Of a stretch of 64,000 nucleotides of DNA, positions 45,028-54,669 are shown one piece after another. The notes under the pieces were generated by a model. The model did not search any database. It was given only the letters and a program-made list of their open reading frames with translations, and was not told the DNA's origin. The translations under genes and the position numbers were made by a program. Positions within the stretch are counted from its first letter, which is position 1, and each line of letters opens with the position of its first letter. Source of the DNA: Bacteroidota bacterium (GTDB taxonomy: Bacteria > Bacteroidota > Bacteroidia > Flavobacteriales_F > PHOS-HE28); the NCBI GenBank assembly GCA_018267055.1, contig JAFDZF010000180.1:2457-66456 (forward strand). Direction: 5' to 3'.

Positions 45028-45459
45028 ATGCTACGCCACCTTGCATTCTCCCTCGCCCTCGCCGCCTCCACCGCGCTGATGGCCCAGACGCAGATCGTCA
45101 TCACCAACGTGAAGGCCGTCGAGAAGGACAACACCGTCACCGGCCAGGACGTGACCATCCAGTTGGACAAGGCCGAAGGGGCGGACCGCGCCGTGATCCT
45201 CGCCTCGGGCGACCTGCAGGCCAAGATCTGGGCGAAGGTGAACACGCACAACTCCGCCCGCAGCAGCCTGAAGGACTCCGCCGTGAACCTGATCTTCGAG
45301 ATCGACCTGAAGGCCGGCAAGGACAAGGACAACAAGCGCGTGGAGAAGATCTTCTACCTCGACCAGAGCCGCACCACCACCGTGACCCAGCGCTTCAACT
45401 TCAAGAACGGCATCACCATGCGCGGCGTCACGCTGTCGTTCGACTGCGAGATCAAATGA
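45028..45459 (+). CDS. hypothetical secreted protein (143 aa)
   Basis: Signal peptide MLRHLAFSLALAASTALMAQ. The ATG at 45028 was chosen within ORF 44917..45459. ATGA overlap with the downstream ligase start. Confidence 0.5.
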   Translation: MLRHLAFSLALAASTALMAQTQIVITNVKAVEKDNTVTGQDVTIQLDKAEGADRAVILASGDLQAKIWAKVNTHNSARSSLKDSAVNLIFEIDLKAGKDKDNKRVEKIFYLDQSRTTTVTQRFNFKNGITMRGVTLSFDCEIK

Positions 45460-47219
45460 CGGACGTCCAGCGGCTGTTCGACATCGCCGATCACCAGCTC
45501 GCGGCCTACCCGCAGCCCATGTGCGTGGCCTCGCTGGAAGGCGGCGTGCTCCGCACGTACAGCACGCAAGAGTTCATCGATACCGCCACCTCGCTGGCGC
45601 TCGGCCTGATGTCCATCGGCATCGGCCCCGGCGACCGCGTGGCCGTGGCCAGCGGCAACCGCGCCGAATGGGCCCTGCTCGACCAGGCCATCCTGCGCAT
45701 CGGGGCCATCAGCGTGCCCATCTACCCCACCAGCAGCGCGGAGGATTACGCGTACGTGCTGCACCACTCGGAGACGAAGGCGTTCTTCGTGAGCAACCCG
45801 GACATCCTGGCCAAGGCCCTCGCCGCCCGCCCCCAGGTGCCTTCGCTCGCGCACCTGTTCACCTTCGACCCCGTACCCGGCACGCCGCATTGGAAGGAAC
45901 TGCTCGGGAAGGGCGCCGAGGGGCGCGCCACGCTGGAGGCCCACATGGCCCGGGTGGAACGCATGGACCTGGCCACCATCATCTACACCAGCGGCACCAC
46001 CGGCCGGCCCAAGGGGGTGATGCTGAGCCACGACAACATCCTGAGCAACGTGGAGGCCAGCATGCACCGCCTGCCGGTGAGCAGCGGCGCGCGCGCCATC
46101 AGCTTCCTCCCGCTGTGCCACATCTACGAGCGCATGCTGATGTACCTCTACATGCGGGCCGGCATGCAGGTGCGCTTCCAGGAGACGCTGGACGAGCTGG
46201 GCGCGCGCATCAAGGAGGTGCGCCCCGAGGTGTTCACCGCCGTGCCGCGCCTGCTGGAGAAGATCTACGACGCCATCCTGGCCAAGGGCGAGCAGCTCAC
46301 CGGCCTCAAGCGGAAGCTCTTCTTCTGGTCGCTCGACCTGGGCGAGCGCTACGAGGTGAAGGGCCGCGGCCCGTGGTACGACCTGCAGCTGGCCGTGGCC
46401 CGCAAGCTGGTGTTCAGCAAGTGGCGCGAGGCCCTCGGCGGCCAGGTGCGCTGCGTGGCCAGCGGCAGCGCCGCCCTGCAGCCGCGCCTGGCGCGCATCT
46501 TCAACGCCGCCGGCGTGCCCCTGATGGAAGGCTATGGCCTCACCGAGACCTCGCCCGTGGTGAGCGTGAACGACGCCCGCAACGACGGCCTCCGCTTCGG
46601 CACCGTGGGCAGGCCCCTGGAGAACGTGCAGGTGCGCATCGCGCCCGACGGCGAGGTGCTGGTGAAGGCGCCCAGCGTGATGATGGGCTACTACCGCGAG
46701 CCGGAGCTCACCGCCGAGGTGCTCGATGCCGACGGCTGGCTCCACACCGGCGACATCGGCGAGCTCACCGCCGAAGGCTTCCTGCGCATCACCGACCGCA
46801 AGAAGGAGATGTTCAAGACCAGCGGCGGCAAGTACGTGGCCCCGCAGCTGATCGAGAACAAGCTGAAGGGCTCGCGCTTCATCGAGCAGGCCATGGTGAT
46901 CGGCGAGAACCGCAAGTTCCCCGCCGCCCTGGTGGTGCCCAGCTTCCCCTTCCTCAAGGACTACTGCGCACTGAAGGGCATCCCCTACACCAGCAACGAG
47001 CAGGTGGTGAAGGAGCCGCGCATCGTGGAGCGCATCTTCGCCGAGGTGCAGCGGGTGAACGAGGGCCTGGGCCACTGGGAGCAGGTGAAGAAGATCGCCC
47101 TGCTGCCCACGGAATGGTCGGTGGACGGCGGGGAGATGACCCCCAAGCTGAGCCTCCGCAGGAAACCCATCCTCGCCAAATATGCCGCGGTGGTGGAGGG
47201 GCTCTATGCCGGCAACTGA
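45456..47219 (+). CDS. long-chain fatty-acid--CoA ligase (AMP-dependent synthetase, FadD-like)
   Basis: AMP-binding motif IIYTSGTTGRPKGVMLSHDNI, GYGLTETS, GWLHTGDIGE, DRKKEMFKTSGGKYVAPQ. It is the real coding part of the spurious 982-aa ORF 44271..47219. Confidence 0.85.
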   Translation: MTDVQRLFDIADHQLAAYPQPMCVASLEGGVLRTYSTQEFIDTATSLALGLMSIGIGPGDRVAVASGNRAEWALLDQAILRIGAISVPIYPTSSAEDYAYVLHHSETKAFFVSNPDILAKALAARPQVPSLAHLFTFDPVPGTPHWKELLGKGAEGRATLEAHMARVERMDLATIIYTSGTTGRPKGVMLSHDNILSNVEASMHRLPVSSGARAISFLPLCHIYERMLMYLYMRAGMQVRFQETLDELGARIKEVRPEVFTAVPRLLEKIYDAILAKGEQLTGLKRKLFFWSLDLGERYEVKGRGPWYDLQLAVARKLVFSKWREALGGQVRCVASGSAALQPRLARIFNAAGVPLMEGYGLTETSPVVSVNDARNDGLRFGTVGRPLENVQVRIAPDGEVLVKAPSVMMGYYREPELTAEVLDADGWLHTGDIGELTAEGFLRITDRKKEMFKTSGGKYVAPQLIENKLKGSRFIEQAMVIGENRKFPAALVVPSFPFLKDYCALKGIPYTSNEQVVKEPRIVERIFAEVQRVNEGLGHWEQVKKIALLPTEWSVDGGEMTPKLSLRRKPILAKYAAVVEGLYAGN

Positions 47220-47262
47220 GGGCCGCTTCACCTTATTTTCACACCGCACTAACCTGCGGAAC

Positions 47263-47652
47263 ATGCGGACCACCCTGTACGGCCTCCTGGCCGCTGCGCT
47301 GCTTTTCCCCGCCTGCAAGAAGGAACCCGGCGAAGGGGGTAAGGCCGAGATCCGCGGCATCGTGCTGCGGCAGGACGTGAACGCCGCCGGCCAGCCGGTG
47401 GGCGACCCCTACCCCTACCAGGAAGCGCGCGTCTACATCGCCTATGGCGACCACGACTTCCACGACGACGACGTGCGCACGGGGCCCGATGGCCTCTTCG
47501 TGTTCTCCTGGCTGCGCAAGGGCGACTACCGCGTATACACCTTCGGCGAGTGCGACTGCCCCGGCGGCTCCGTGGCCGTGGAACGCACGGTGACCATCAG
47601 CGACAAGAAGGACGTGGTGACCGTGCCCACCATCACCGTGGAGAACTGGTGA
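47263..47652 (+). CDS. lipoprotein (129 aa)
   Basis: Signal peptide plus lipobox LLFPAC. Confidence 0.6.
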   Translation: MRTTLYGLLAAALLFPACKKEPGEGGKAEIRGIVLRQDVNAAGQPVGDPYPYQEARVYIAYGDHDFHDDDVRTGPDGLFVFSWLRKGDYRVYTFGECDCPGGSVAVERTVTISDKKDVVTVPTITVENW

Positions 47653-48371
47653 CCCGCGGCCCGCGCATCGTGCTGCTGGGGCTGCTGCTGGGCGCAGCGG
47701 CGTGCGTGCACGCACAGGAGCGGCCCATGCTGCGGCATTCCACCGATGCGGAGCTCTGGCTGAGCGCCGGCCTGGAATGGAAGCCCTTCGCCAAGAAGAG
47801 CGGGCAGGTGTACGAGCGCAAGTTCTACCGCCGCTTCCGCGTCCTCGGCGAGGTGGGCTACCGCGGCAACGAGAACCTCACCTCGAGCAAGCTGGTGTAC
47901 ACCATGGCCGGCCTGCGCTACCGCCTCACCGACTTCCTGCGGGTGGGCGCCGAATACCGCTACAACTTCCGCGACCGCTACACCAGCAATTCGCACCGCG
48001 TGGACGTGCAGGCCCTCGTCACCGTGAAGAAGGGCCGCTTCGACCTCGACTACCGGCCGTCCTTCCAGCACGACTTCGTGGCGCCCGTGCGCTACCGCAC
48101 CCTGTTCCGCAACCGCCTCGCGGTGGAGTACGACGTGCCGAGGTGCCGGTTCGATCCGCACGTGAGCGTGGAGAGCTTCACGGCGCTGCACCACACCGGG
48201 AACCGCCTCATCGGCCTCCGCTACGAAGTGGGCACGGGCACCGCCCTGGACAAGAAGAAGCGGCACCGAGTGGAGCTGGCCGTGCGCTACGACCGCGAAC
48301 TGGGGCTGCCCTCGCCGAAGCACCGCTGGATCTTCGCGATCGCCTACCAGCACGAGGTGAAGAAACGCTGA
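47649..48371 (+). CDS. DUF2490-like outer-membrane beta-barrel protein
   Basis: The GTG start at 47649 overlaps the previous stop. Signal peptide LLGLLLGAAACVHAQ. Alternating amphipathic beta-strand pattern with a C-terminal aromatic residue. Confidence 0.5.
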   Translation: MTRGPRIVLLGLLLGAAACVHAQERPMLRHSTDAELWLSAGLEWKPFAKKSGQVYERKFYRRFRVLGEVGYRGNENLTSSKLVYTMAGLRYRLTDFLRVGAEYRYNFRDRYTSNSHRVDVQALVTVKKGRFDLDYRPSFQHDFVAPVRYRTLFRNRLAVEYDVPRCRFDPHVSVESFTALHHTGNRLIGLRYEVGTGTALDKKKRHRVELAVRYDRELGLPSPKHRWIFAIAYQHEVKKR

Positions 48372-48408
48372 GCGGGGTTCCGCGCGATCGGCGGACCTTT
48401 GTCCCACC

Positions 48409-49071
48409 GTGCGCTCCCCCCTCCTCGTCCGTGCCCTGCTCTTCGCAGCATTGTTCCTCGTCGCCGTCGTCATCGGCTACACCTTGTTGCGTCCCTCCGG
48501 GCGGCTGCCGGTGTACCACCCTTCGCAGCTCGACCCGCGGCTGGTGGACGCCTCGGTGCGCGGGGAACAGGGCGAGCACCACATCAGCGACTTCCACCTC
48601 ACCGACCAGGCGGGCGACAGCGTCACCCTGGCCACGGTGAAGGGCAAGGTGCTGCTGGTGGACTTCTTCTTCACCACCTGCGGCAGCATCTGCCCGAAGA
48701 TGAGCACCCAGATGGTGCGCGTCCAGGATGCCTTCCGTACCGACGACCGCGTGCTGCTGCTCTCGCATTCGGTCACCCCGGAGATCGACTCCACCGCGAC
48801 GCTGAAGGCCTATGCCGAGCAGTACGGCGCGGACCATGCGCGCTGGCGCCTGCTCACCGGCGACCGCAAGCAGATCTACGCCCTGGCCCGCACCAGCTAT
48901 TTCGCCGCCCTCGACCACGGCGACGGCGGGCCGCAGGATTTCGTGCACACCGAGAACTTCGTGCTCGTCGATCCGCAGGGGCGCCTCCGCGGCTTCTACG
49001 ACGGTACCTCGGCGAAGCAGGTGGACCAGGCGATCGCGGACATCCGGACGCTGCTGGACGAGCGGGACTGA
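48409..49071 (+). CDS. SCO1/SenC-family copper chaperone (thioredoxin fold)
   Basis: VLLVDFFFTTCGSICP (CxxxC copper site) and the downstream His region. N-terminal TM segment. GTG start. Confidence 0.75.
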   Translation: MRSPLLVRALLFAALFLVAVVIGYTLLRPSGRLPVYHPSQLDPRLVDASVRGEQGEHHISDFHLTDQAGDSVTLATVKGKVLLVDFFFTTCGSICPKMSTQMVRVQDAFRTDDRVLLLSHSVTPEIDSTATLKAYAEQYGADHARWRLLTGDRKQIYALARTSYFAALDHGDGGPQDFVHTENFVLVDPQGRLRGFYDGTSAKQVDQAIADIRTLLDERD

Positions 49072-49115
49072 CACGGACCGAACGGTCCTGCCCCCGTTCG
49101 CGTTCTTTGCAGGAC

Positions 49116-49877
49116 ATGCACCACGACGAGGCCGGTACCGGCACCCCGCTCCTCCTGATCCACGGCTTTCCCCACGACCGCACGCTGTGGGCACCCCAGC
49201 TGGCCGGACTGGCCGATGCGGCCCGCGTGATCGCCCCGGACCTGCGCGGCTTCGGTGCATGGGCGGACGACCGCCCGGTGTGCACCATGGAGGACCATGC
49301 GCGGGACCTGTGCGACCTGCTGGACGCGCTGCACATCGAGCAGGCCGTGATCGCCGGGCTCTCGATGGGCGGCTACGTGGCGCTCGCCTTCCTGGCCGCT
49401 TTCCCCGAGCGGGTCCGCGGGCTGGTGCTCTGCAGCACCCGCGCGGGCGCCGACACGGAGGAAGGGCGCAAGGGCCGCCAGGCGACGGCGGACCGGGTGC
49501 TGCGTGAAGGGACGGCCGGACTGGCGGAGGAGCTGGCGCCCAAGATGTTCTCGGCCGCCACCCGGGCGGCGCGACCGGGACTGATCGCCGACATGCGCAC
49601 GATGATCGCGCGGCAGCGCCCCGCCGCCGTGGCCGCCGCCGCGCTCGGCATGGCCCGGCGCACGGACCGGCGACCGATGCTCCCCGGCATCCGCGTACCC
49701 ACGCTCGTCCTCACCGGGGATGCCGACGAGATGATCCCGGACACGGAAAGCCGCGCGATGGCCGCGGCCGTTCCCGGAAGCCGGCTCGTGGTGGTGCCCG
49801 GCGCCGGACACCTCGTGGGCCTGGAAACGCCGGAAGCGTTCGACCGGGCGGTCCGCTCCTTCCTGGAGCAGGTATGA
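49116..49877 (+). CDS. alpha/beta-fold hydrolase
   Basis: LLLIHGFPHD and the nucleophile elbow GLSMGG. The C-terminal His is in VVVPGAGHL. Confidence 0.75.
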   Translation: MHHDEAGTGTPLLLIHGFPHDRTLWAPQLAGLADAARVIAPDLRGFGAWADDRPVCTMEDHARDLCDLLDALHIEQAVIAGLSMGGYVALAFLAAFPERVRGLVLCSTRAGADTEEGRKGRQATADRVLREGTAGLAEELAPKMFSAATRAARPGLIADMRTMIARQRPAAVAAAALGMARRTDRRPMLPGIRVPTLVLTGDADEMIPDTESRAMAAAVPGSRLVVVPGAGHLVGLETPEAFDRAVRSFLEQV

Positions 49878-49878
49878 G

Positions 49879-50019
49879 CTAGCGGGGCGACGCGTCCTCC
49901 TCCTGCCGATCGAGCACCAGCGCGATGGTCTCCAGGTCGCACGTCTCGGCCTGCAGCATCGCATGCAGCAGGGCGTTCATCTCGTCGTTGCCGGTGGTGT
50001 CGTGGGCATACAGGGTCAT
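49879..50019 (-). CDS. possible small protein (46 aa, MTLYAHDTTGNDEMNALLHAMLQAETCDLETIALVLDRQEEDASPR)
   Basis: ATG start and very high third-position GC like the neighbouring genes. No homology is recognisable by eye. Confidence 0.3.
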   Translation of the reverse strand: MTLYAHDTTGNDEMNALLHAMLQAETCDLETIALVLDRQEEDASPR

Positions 50020-50236
50020 GGTCGGTCGGAAAGGGTGCCCCCTGACCAGCGATCCCCTTGCCACGCGTTCGCCGTGCGGGCAGGGCACAGGGGACAGGGG
50101 CGGATGGGCAATCCCCACCCCATCGACCGGGCGATCCGCTCCCCGATCGCTCACACCTCGGGCCCCACCGGGCGGATGCTCCGCACGCTTCCCGTGGCCT
50201 GTTCCTTGTGGGCCCACGAACATCATACCGACCCCC

Positions 50237-50509
50237 ATGGACACGCCCGAACGAACCTCTCCGCGGACGCCGATCCGCCCGGTGGATCCTTACGTGGCCG
50301 CGGAAGGGATCCCCGGCTTCCACCCGCACCCTTCAACGGCCGAAGCACCGGCCGCCGACGCCACGGGCGCATCCTCCGGCGCCGGGGGCGATGCCGCCTA
50401 TGAGCTGGACCCCGACGTGAAGGGCCGCGTGGACACCGGAACGGGCGACCAGCCCGGCAACACGCGCGGCGCCCGCACGGGCACACCACCACCGGACGAC
50501 CCGCAGTAG
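50237..50509 (+). CDS. possible small Pro/Gly/Asp-rich low-complexity protein (90 aa)
   Basis: ATG at 50237 in an otherwise ORF-poor 700-bp region. High third-position GC. The low-complexity composition makes a real gene uncertain. Confidence 0.3.
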   Translation: MDTPERTSPRTPIRPVDPYVAAEGIPGFHPHPSTAEAPAADATGASSGAGGDAAYELDPDVKGRVDTGTGDQPGNTRGARTGTPPPDDPQ

Positions 50510-50577
50510 GCCCGGGATCCCCGGACAGCGCTCCCCGGTCCCTGCCCCCAGCGGTCCGGGCGCTACCTTGCGGCCCC

Positions 50578-51552
50578 ATGCGCAAGTGGCTCGACCGCTA
50601 TTACGGAAGCCTCCGGAAGGTGAAGTTCAACTATGTGCTGCTGAACCTCTTCAACCTGCGGAAGTTGCGGCATGCGCGCCGGATGTACCGCAAGTACGGC
50701 ATCACCCGCAGCGTGCTGTTGCCCATCAGCAGCGCGGACCTTCCGCGCACCTCCGCCGACGTCCCCTGGCTCGACCGGCCCGACGGCGCGCAGGCGATGG
50801 CCTCCGCCCCCGCCTTCCAGCGCTTCGACGCCGCCACGCGGGAAGCCCTTTCCCACTGGCCCGAACGCGGCTACGTGATCCTCCGCGGCCTCTTCTCCCC
50901 CGAGGAGGTGGCCGCGATCAACGCCGAAGTGGACCGGCTGATCCGCGAGAAGGTGGTCGACTTCAACTTCACCGGGCGCAAGGTGATGTTCGCCTTCCAC
51001 CACAGCCAGCTGCTGCGCACCGCGGTGCACGACCGCCGCATCCTCGACGTGATGGACTTCCTGCTGGGCAAGCGCATGCAGGTGTTCCAGAGCATCAACT
51101 TCCTCACCGGCAGCGAGCAGGCGGCGCACAGCGATTCGATCCACATGACCACCTACCCGCTCGGCTACATGAGCGCCGCGTGGATCGCCCTGGAGCGGAT
51201 GACCCCGGACAACGGGCCGCTGATCTACCACCCCGGAAGCCACAAGCTGCCCTACCTCCTCAACGGCTCATACGACCACGGGGGCAACCGCTTCGTGATC
51301 GGCGAGGATGCCTATGCGCGCTATGAGGAAGCCGTGGACAAGGCGGTGGCCGAGGGCCGCTTCGATCGGGTGGAGTTCCTGGCGCAGCCCGGTGACGTGC
51401 TGATCTGGCACGCGAACCTGCTGCACGGCGGCAAGCGGATGACCGTGCCCAACGCCAGCCGCAAGAGCATGGTGATCCACTGCTTCGCCGACGACGTGCT
51501 CTGCTACCACGAGCTGACCCAGCGCGCCGCGCTGATGGACGACCACGACTGA
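50578..51552 (+). CDS. phytanoyl-CoA dioxygenase (PhyH) family Fe(II)/2-oxoglutarate oxygenase
   Basis: HxD...H facial triad candidates AAHSDS and WHANLLHGG. Basic N-terminal extension. Alternative start at the ATG at 50797. Confidence 0.7.
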   Translation: MRKWLDRYYGSLRKVKFNYVLLNLFNLRKLRHARRMYRKYGITRSVLLPISSADLPRTSADVPWLDRPDGAQAMASAPAFQRFDAATREALSHWPERGYVILRGLFSPEEVAAINAEVDRLIREKVVDFNFTGRKVMFAFHHSQLLRTAVHDRRILDVMDFLLGKRMQVFQSINFLTGSEQAAHSDSIHMTTYPLGYMSAAWIALERMTPDNGPLIYHPGSHKLPYLLNGSYDHGGNRFVIGEDAYARYEEAVDKAVAEGRFDRVEFLAQPGDVLIWHANLLHGGKRMTVPNASRKSMVIHCFADDVLCYHELTQRAALMDDHD

Positions 51553-51614
51553 GCCTGCACGCAGGGGCCTGAGGACGTACTTTCGCGCGCCCAGCGCGCA
51601 CCCCGAACCTCCGC

Positions 51615-53507
51615 ATGAACTGCCTTTCCGTCGAACGCGTCTCGAAAAGCTTCGGTCCGCGCCAGCTCTTCAGCGACATCTCCTTCGGCTTGGAGAAGGG
51701 GCAGAAGACCGCCATCGTGGCGCGCAACGGCACCGGCAAGAGCACCCTGCTGAAATGCATCGCCGGGCTGGAGAGGCCGGACACGGGCAACATCACCTTC
51801 AACAAGGGGCTGCGCGTGGGCTACCTCGATCAGAGCGTGTCGATGAGCGCCGCGCATTCGCTGGTGGACGAGATGCTGGACCGCGACGACCCGGTGACGA
51901 ACGCGATCCGGGCCTATGAGCACGCGGTGGCGCGGCACGCCGAAGGCGCCGTGATGCAGCAGGCGATCGACCGCATGGAGGAGCTGAAGGCCTGGGACCA
52001 TGAGGCCCGTGTGAAGCGCCTGCTCTTCCAGTTCGGCCTGCGCGACCTGGAACAGCCGGTGAACACCCTCAGCGGCGGCCAGCAGAAGCGCGTGGCCATG
52101 GCCAAGGTGCTGATCGACATGCCCGACGTGCTGATCCTCGACGAGCCCACCAACCACCTCGACCTGAACATGATCGAGCAGCTGGAGGACGAGCTGGGCG
52201 CGCCCAACGTGACGCTGCTGCTGGTGACGCACGACCGCTACTTCCTCGACAATGTCTGCGACGAGATCATCGAGATGGAGTTCGGGGAGTTCACCCGCTT
52301 CAAGGGCAACTACAGCTACTACGTGGAGAAGAAGGCGCTGGCCGACGAGGTGCGCGCCGCCACGCAGCAGCACCTGAGGACGCTGATGCGCAGCGAGCTG
52401 GAGTGGGTGCGCAAGATGCCCCGCGCCCGCGGCACCAAGAGCAAGAGCCGCCTGCAGGCCTTCGACGAGCTGAAGGAGCAGGCCACGCGCCGCTTCGACC
52501 GCGGGCAGGTGGACCTGGAGGTGAACACCTCGCGCCTCGGCGGCAAGGTGATCGAGGCGCGCAACCTCACCAAGAGCTTCGGCGACAAGCCCATCGTGAA
52601 GGGCTTCAGCTATTCCCTGAAGCGCGGCGACCGCATCGGCATCGTGGGGCCCAACGGCATCGGCAAGAGCACCTTCCTCGACCTGCTCACGGCGCAGGCC
52701 CCGCCCGACGCGGGCACGGTATCCATCGGCGATACGGTGGTGCTGGGCGTCTTCGACCAGAAGGGGCTGCGGCTGAAGGAGGACAAGCGCATCATCGAGG
52801 TGGTGCGCGACATCGCCGAGGTGATCCCCCTGACGAAGGGCCGCACCCTCTCCGCATCGCAGCTGCTCGAGCGCTTCCTCTTCGACAAGGAGCAGCAGTA
52901 CCAGTACGCGAGCACCCTCAGCGGCGGCGAGCGCCGGCGCCTGCACCTGTGCACGGTGCTGATGAAGAACCCCAACGTGCTCATCCTCGACGAGCCGACG
53001 AACGACCTCGACATCGCCACCCTGAACGCGCTGGAGGACTTCCTCACCGACCTGGACGTGTGCCTGCTGGTGGTGAGCCACGATCGCTTCTTCATGGACA
53101 AGCTGTGCTCCAAGCTGCTGGTGTTCGAGGGCGAGGGCCGCATCAAGGAGTGGGTGGGCAGCTACACCGAGCTGCGCGAGGAGCAGAAGCGCAAGGCCGT
53201 CGCCGCGAAGGAGGCGCTCGCACCGAAGAAAGCGGAGCCCGTTCCGGACACGCCCGTGGCCACGTCCAAGCCGAAGGCCAGGAAGCTCACCTACGGCGAG
53301 CGCCTGGAGCTGGAGCGCATCGACAAGGAGCTGCCCCAGCTGGAGAAACGCAAGGAAGAGCTGCTGGCGATCATGGCCCAAGGCGGTACCGACCACCACG
53401 CCATGATGGAACGGTCCATCGAGCTCGAACGCACCGTGCACCAGCTGGACCGCATGGGCGAGCGCTGGCTGGAGCTGATGGAGCGCGCCGAGGGGCAGGC
53501 CTCCTGA
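51615..53507 (+). CDS. ABC-F family ATPase (tandem NBDs, no TMD; Uup/EttA-like)
   Basis: Two NBDs: ARNGTGKST / LSGGQQKRVAMAKVL / ILDEPTNHLD and GPNGIGKST / LSGGERRRLHLCTVL / ILDEPTNDLD. Charged inter-domain linker and C-terminal coiled-coil. Confidence 0.9.
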   Translation: MNCLSVERVSKSFGPRQLFSDISFGLEKGQKTAIVARNGTGKSTLLKCIAGLERPDTGNITFNKGLRVGYLDQSVSMSAAHSLVDEMLDRDDPVTNAIRAYEHAVARHAEGAVMQQAIDRMEELKAWDHEARVKRLLFQFGLRDLEQPVNTLSGGQQKRVAMAKVLIDMPDVLILDEPTNHLDLNMIEQLEDELGAPNVTLLLVTHDRYFLDNVCDEIIEMEFGEFTRFKGNYSYYVEKKALADEVRAATQQHLRTLMRSELEWVRKMPRARGTKSKSRLQAFDELKEQATRRFDRGQVDLEVNTSRLGGKVIEARNLTKSFGDKPIVKGFSYSLKRGDRIGIVGPNGIGKSTFLDLLTAQAPPDAGTVSIGDTVVLGVFDQKGLRLKEDKRIIEVVRDIAEVIPLTKGRTLSASQLLERFLFDKEQQYQYASTLSGGERRRLHLCTVLMKNPNVLILDEPTNDLDIATLNALEDFLTDLDVCLLVVSHDRFFMDKLCSKLLVFEGEGRIKEWVGSYTELREEQKRKAVAAKEALAPKKAEPVPDTPVATSKPKARKLTYGERLELERIDKELPQLEKRKEELLAIMAQGGTDHHAMMERSIELERTVHQLDRMGERWLELMERAEGQAS

Positions 53508-53535
53508 GACCGCCCGCTCCTTGCCATATTCGCGC

Positions 53536-54660
53536 ATGGCCGCCACCACACGCCCGGACCAGGTGACCTTGCCGCGGCTGGACGTGATCCGCGCCTTGTG
53601 CTTTCTGGCGGTCTTCGGGAGCCATGCCCTGTTCTCCCACCGGGCCGACCTCACCTCCACGGCGTTCTGGCAGCTGTTCGTGGTGCCCGTCTTCTACAAT
53701 GGCGCACTGGGGGTGAACGCGTTCTTCGTCTTGAGCGGCTTCCTCATCACGTTCCTCCTTATCCGCGAGGAGCGGATGAACGGACGCATCGACGTGCCCC
53801 GCTTCTGGCTGCGTCGTGTCCTGCGCATCTGGCCGCTGTACTTCTTCGTCGTCCTCCTCGGGTTCGGACCTCTGCAATGGGTGAAGACCTGGATGGGCAT
53901 GGCCGGGCAGGAGATCGCGGATCCCTGGCACTATGTGTTCTTCTGCAGCAATTTCGACCTCGCCCGCGGTGCCTTTCCGGACTCCACCGTCCTGACGGTG
54001 CTTTGGAGCATCGCCGTGGAGGAGCAATTCTACCTGGTATGGCCGCTGTTGATGCTGCTCATCCCCTCGGGCCGGTCGCCGCTCCTTTTCGGGGCCATCG
54101 TGGCCGCGTCCATCGTATTCCGGTGGACGCATCCGACGGTGGCCATGCACCTGTGGCACACGTTCTCCTGCATGGGGGACCTGGCCATCGGCGCGGCAGC
54201 CGCGTGGTATGCCTCGCTTCCGGGCGGACCGGAGCGTATCCGTGACTGGCCGTTGTGGGTGATCATCGGAGCACACCTGATGGTGCCTTTGCTGTACATG
54301 GGCATACTGCCCTGCAATGGGGTGCTGTTCCGGTGCGTCTTCGCGACGTTCGTCGCCATGGTCATCCTCTACCAGGCCTTCGGCCGGCGGACGTTCCTCC
54401 GATTGCCCACGCCCCCCTGGCTCGTCCGCATGGGGCGCATCTCCTACGGCCTGTACTGCCTGCATCAAGTGGCCATGCTGATCACCCTGCGTGTGCTGGG
54501 GTACCTGCACTGGGACGAGCACCTTTGGGAATTGGTCGTGCTCCGGCCGCTCATGGCACTGCCCCTGAGCCTGCTGCTGGCCAGCCTCAGCTATCGCTTC
54601 ATCGAGCAGCCCTTCCTGCGGCTGAAGGATCGCTTCAGCTACATCAAGCGCGCGGACTGA
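53536..54660 (+). CDS. acyltransferase family 3 (OafA/OatA-like) membrane acyltransferase
   Basis: LPRLDVIRALCFLAVFGSH and multiple TM helices. The ATG at 53536 is preferred over the TTG at 53521. Confidence 0.75.
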   Translation: MAATTRPDQVTLPRLDVIRALCFLAVFGSHALFSHRADLTSTAFWQLFVVPVFYNGALGVNAFFVLSGFLITFLLIREERMNGRIDVPRFWLRRVLRIWPLYFFVVLLGFGPLQWVKTWMGMAGQEIADPWHYVFFCSNFDLARGAFPDSTVLTVLWSIAVEEQFYLVWPLLMLLIPSGRSPLLFGAIVAASIVFRWTHPTVAMHLWHTFSCMGDLAIGAAAAWYASLPGGPERIRDWPLWVIIGAHLMVPLLYMGILPCNGVLFRCVFATFVAMVILYQAFGRRTFLRLPTPPWLVRMGRISYGLYCLHQVAMLITLRVLGYLHWDEHLWELVVLRPLMALPLSLLLASLSYRFIEQPFLRLKDRFSYIKRAD

Positions 54661-54669
54661 CCGCTCACA

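Noticed and set aside
44271-45455. N-terminal 395 codons of ORF 44271..47219
   Set aside because: The AMP-binding enzyme homology starts at the ATG at 45456 (MTDVQRLF...). The upstream part crosses a 13-bp perfect hairpin and two other better-supported genes (44559..44957 minus, 45028..45459 plus).
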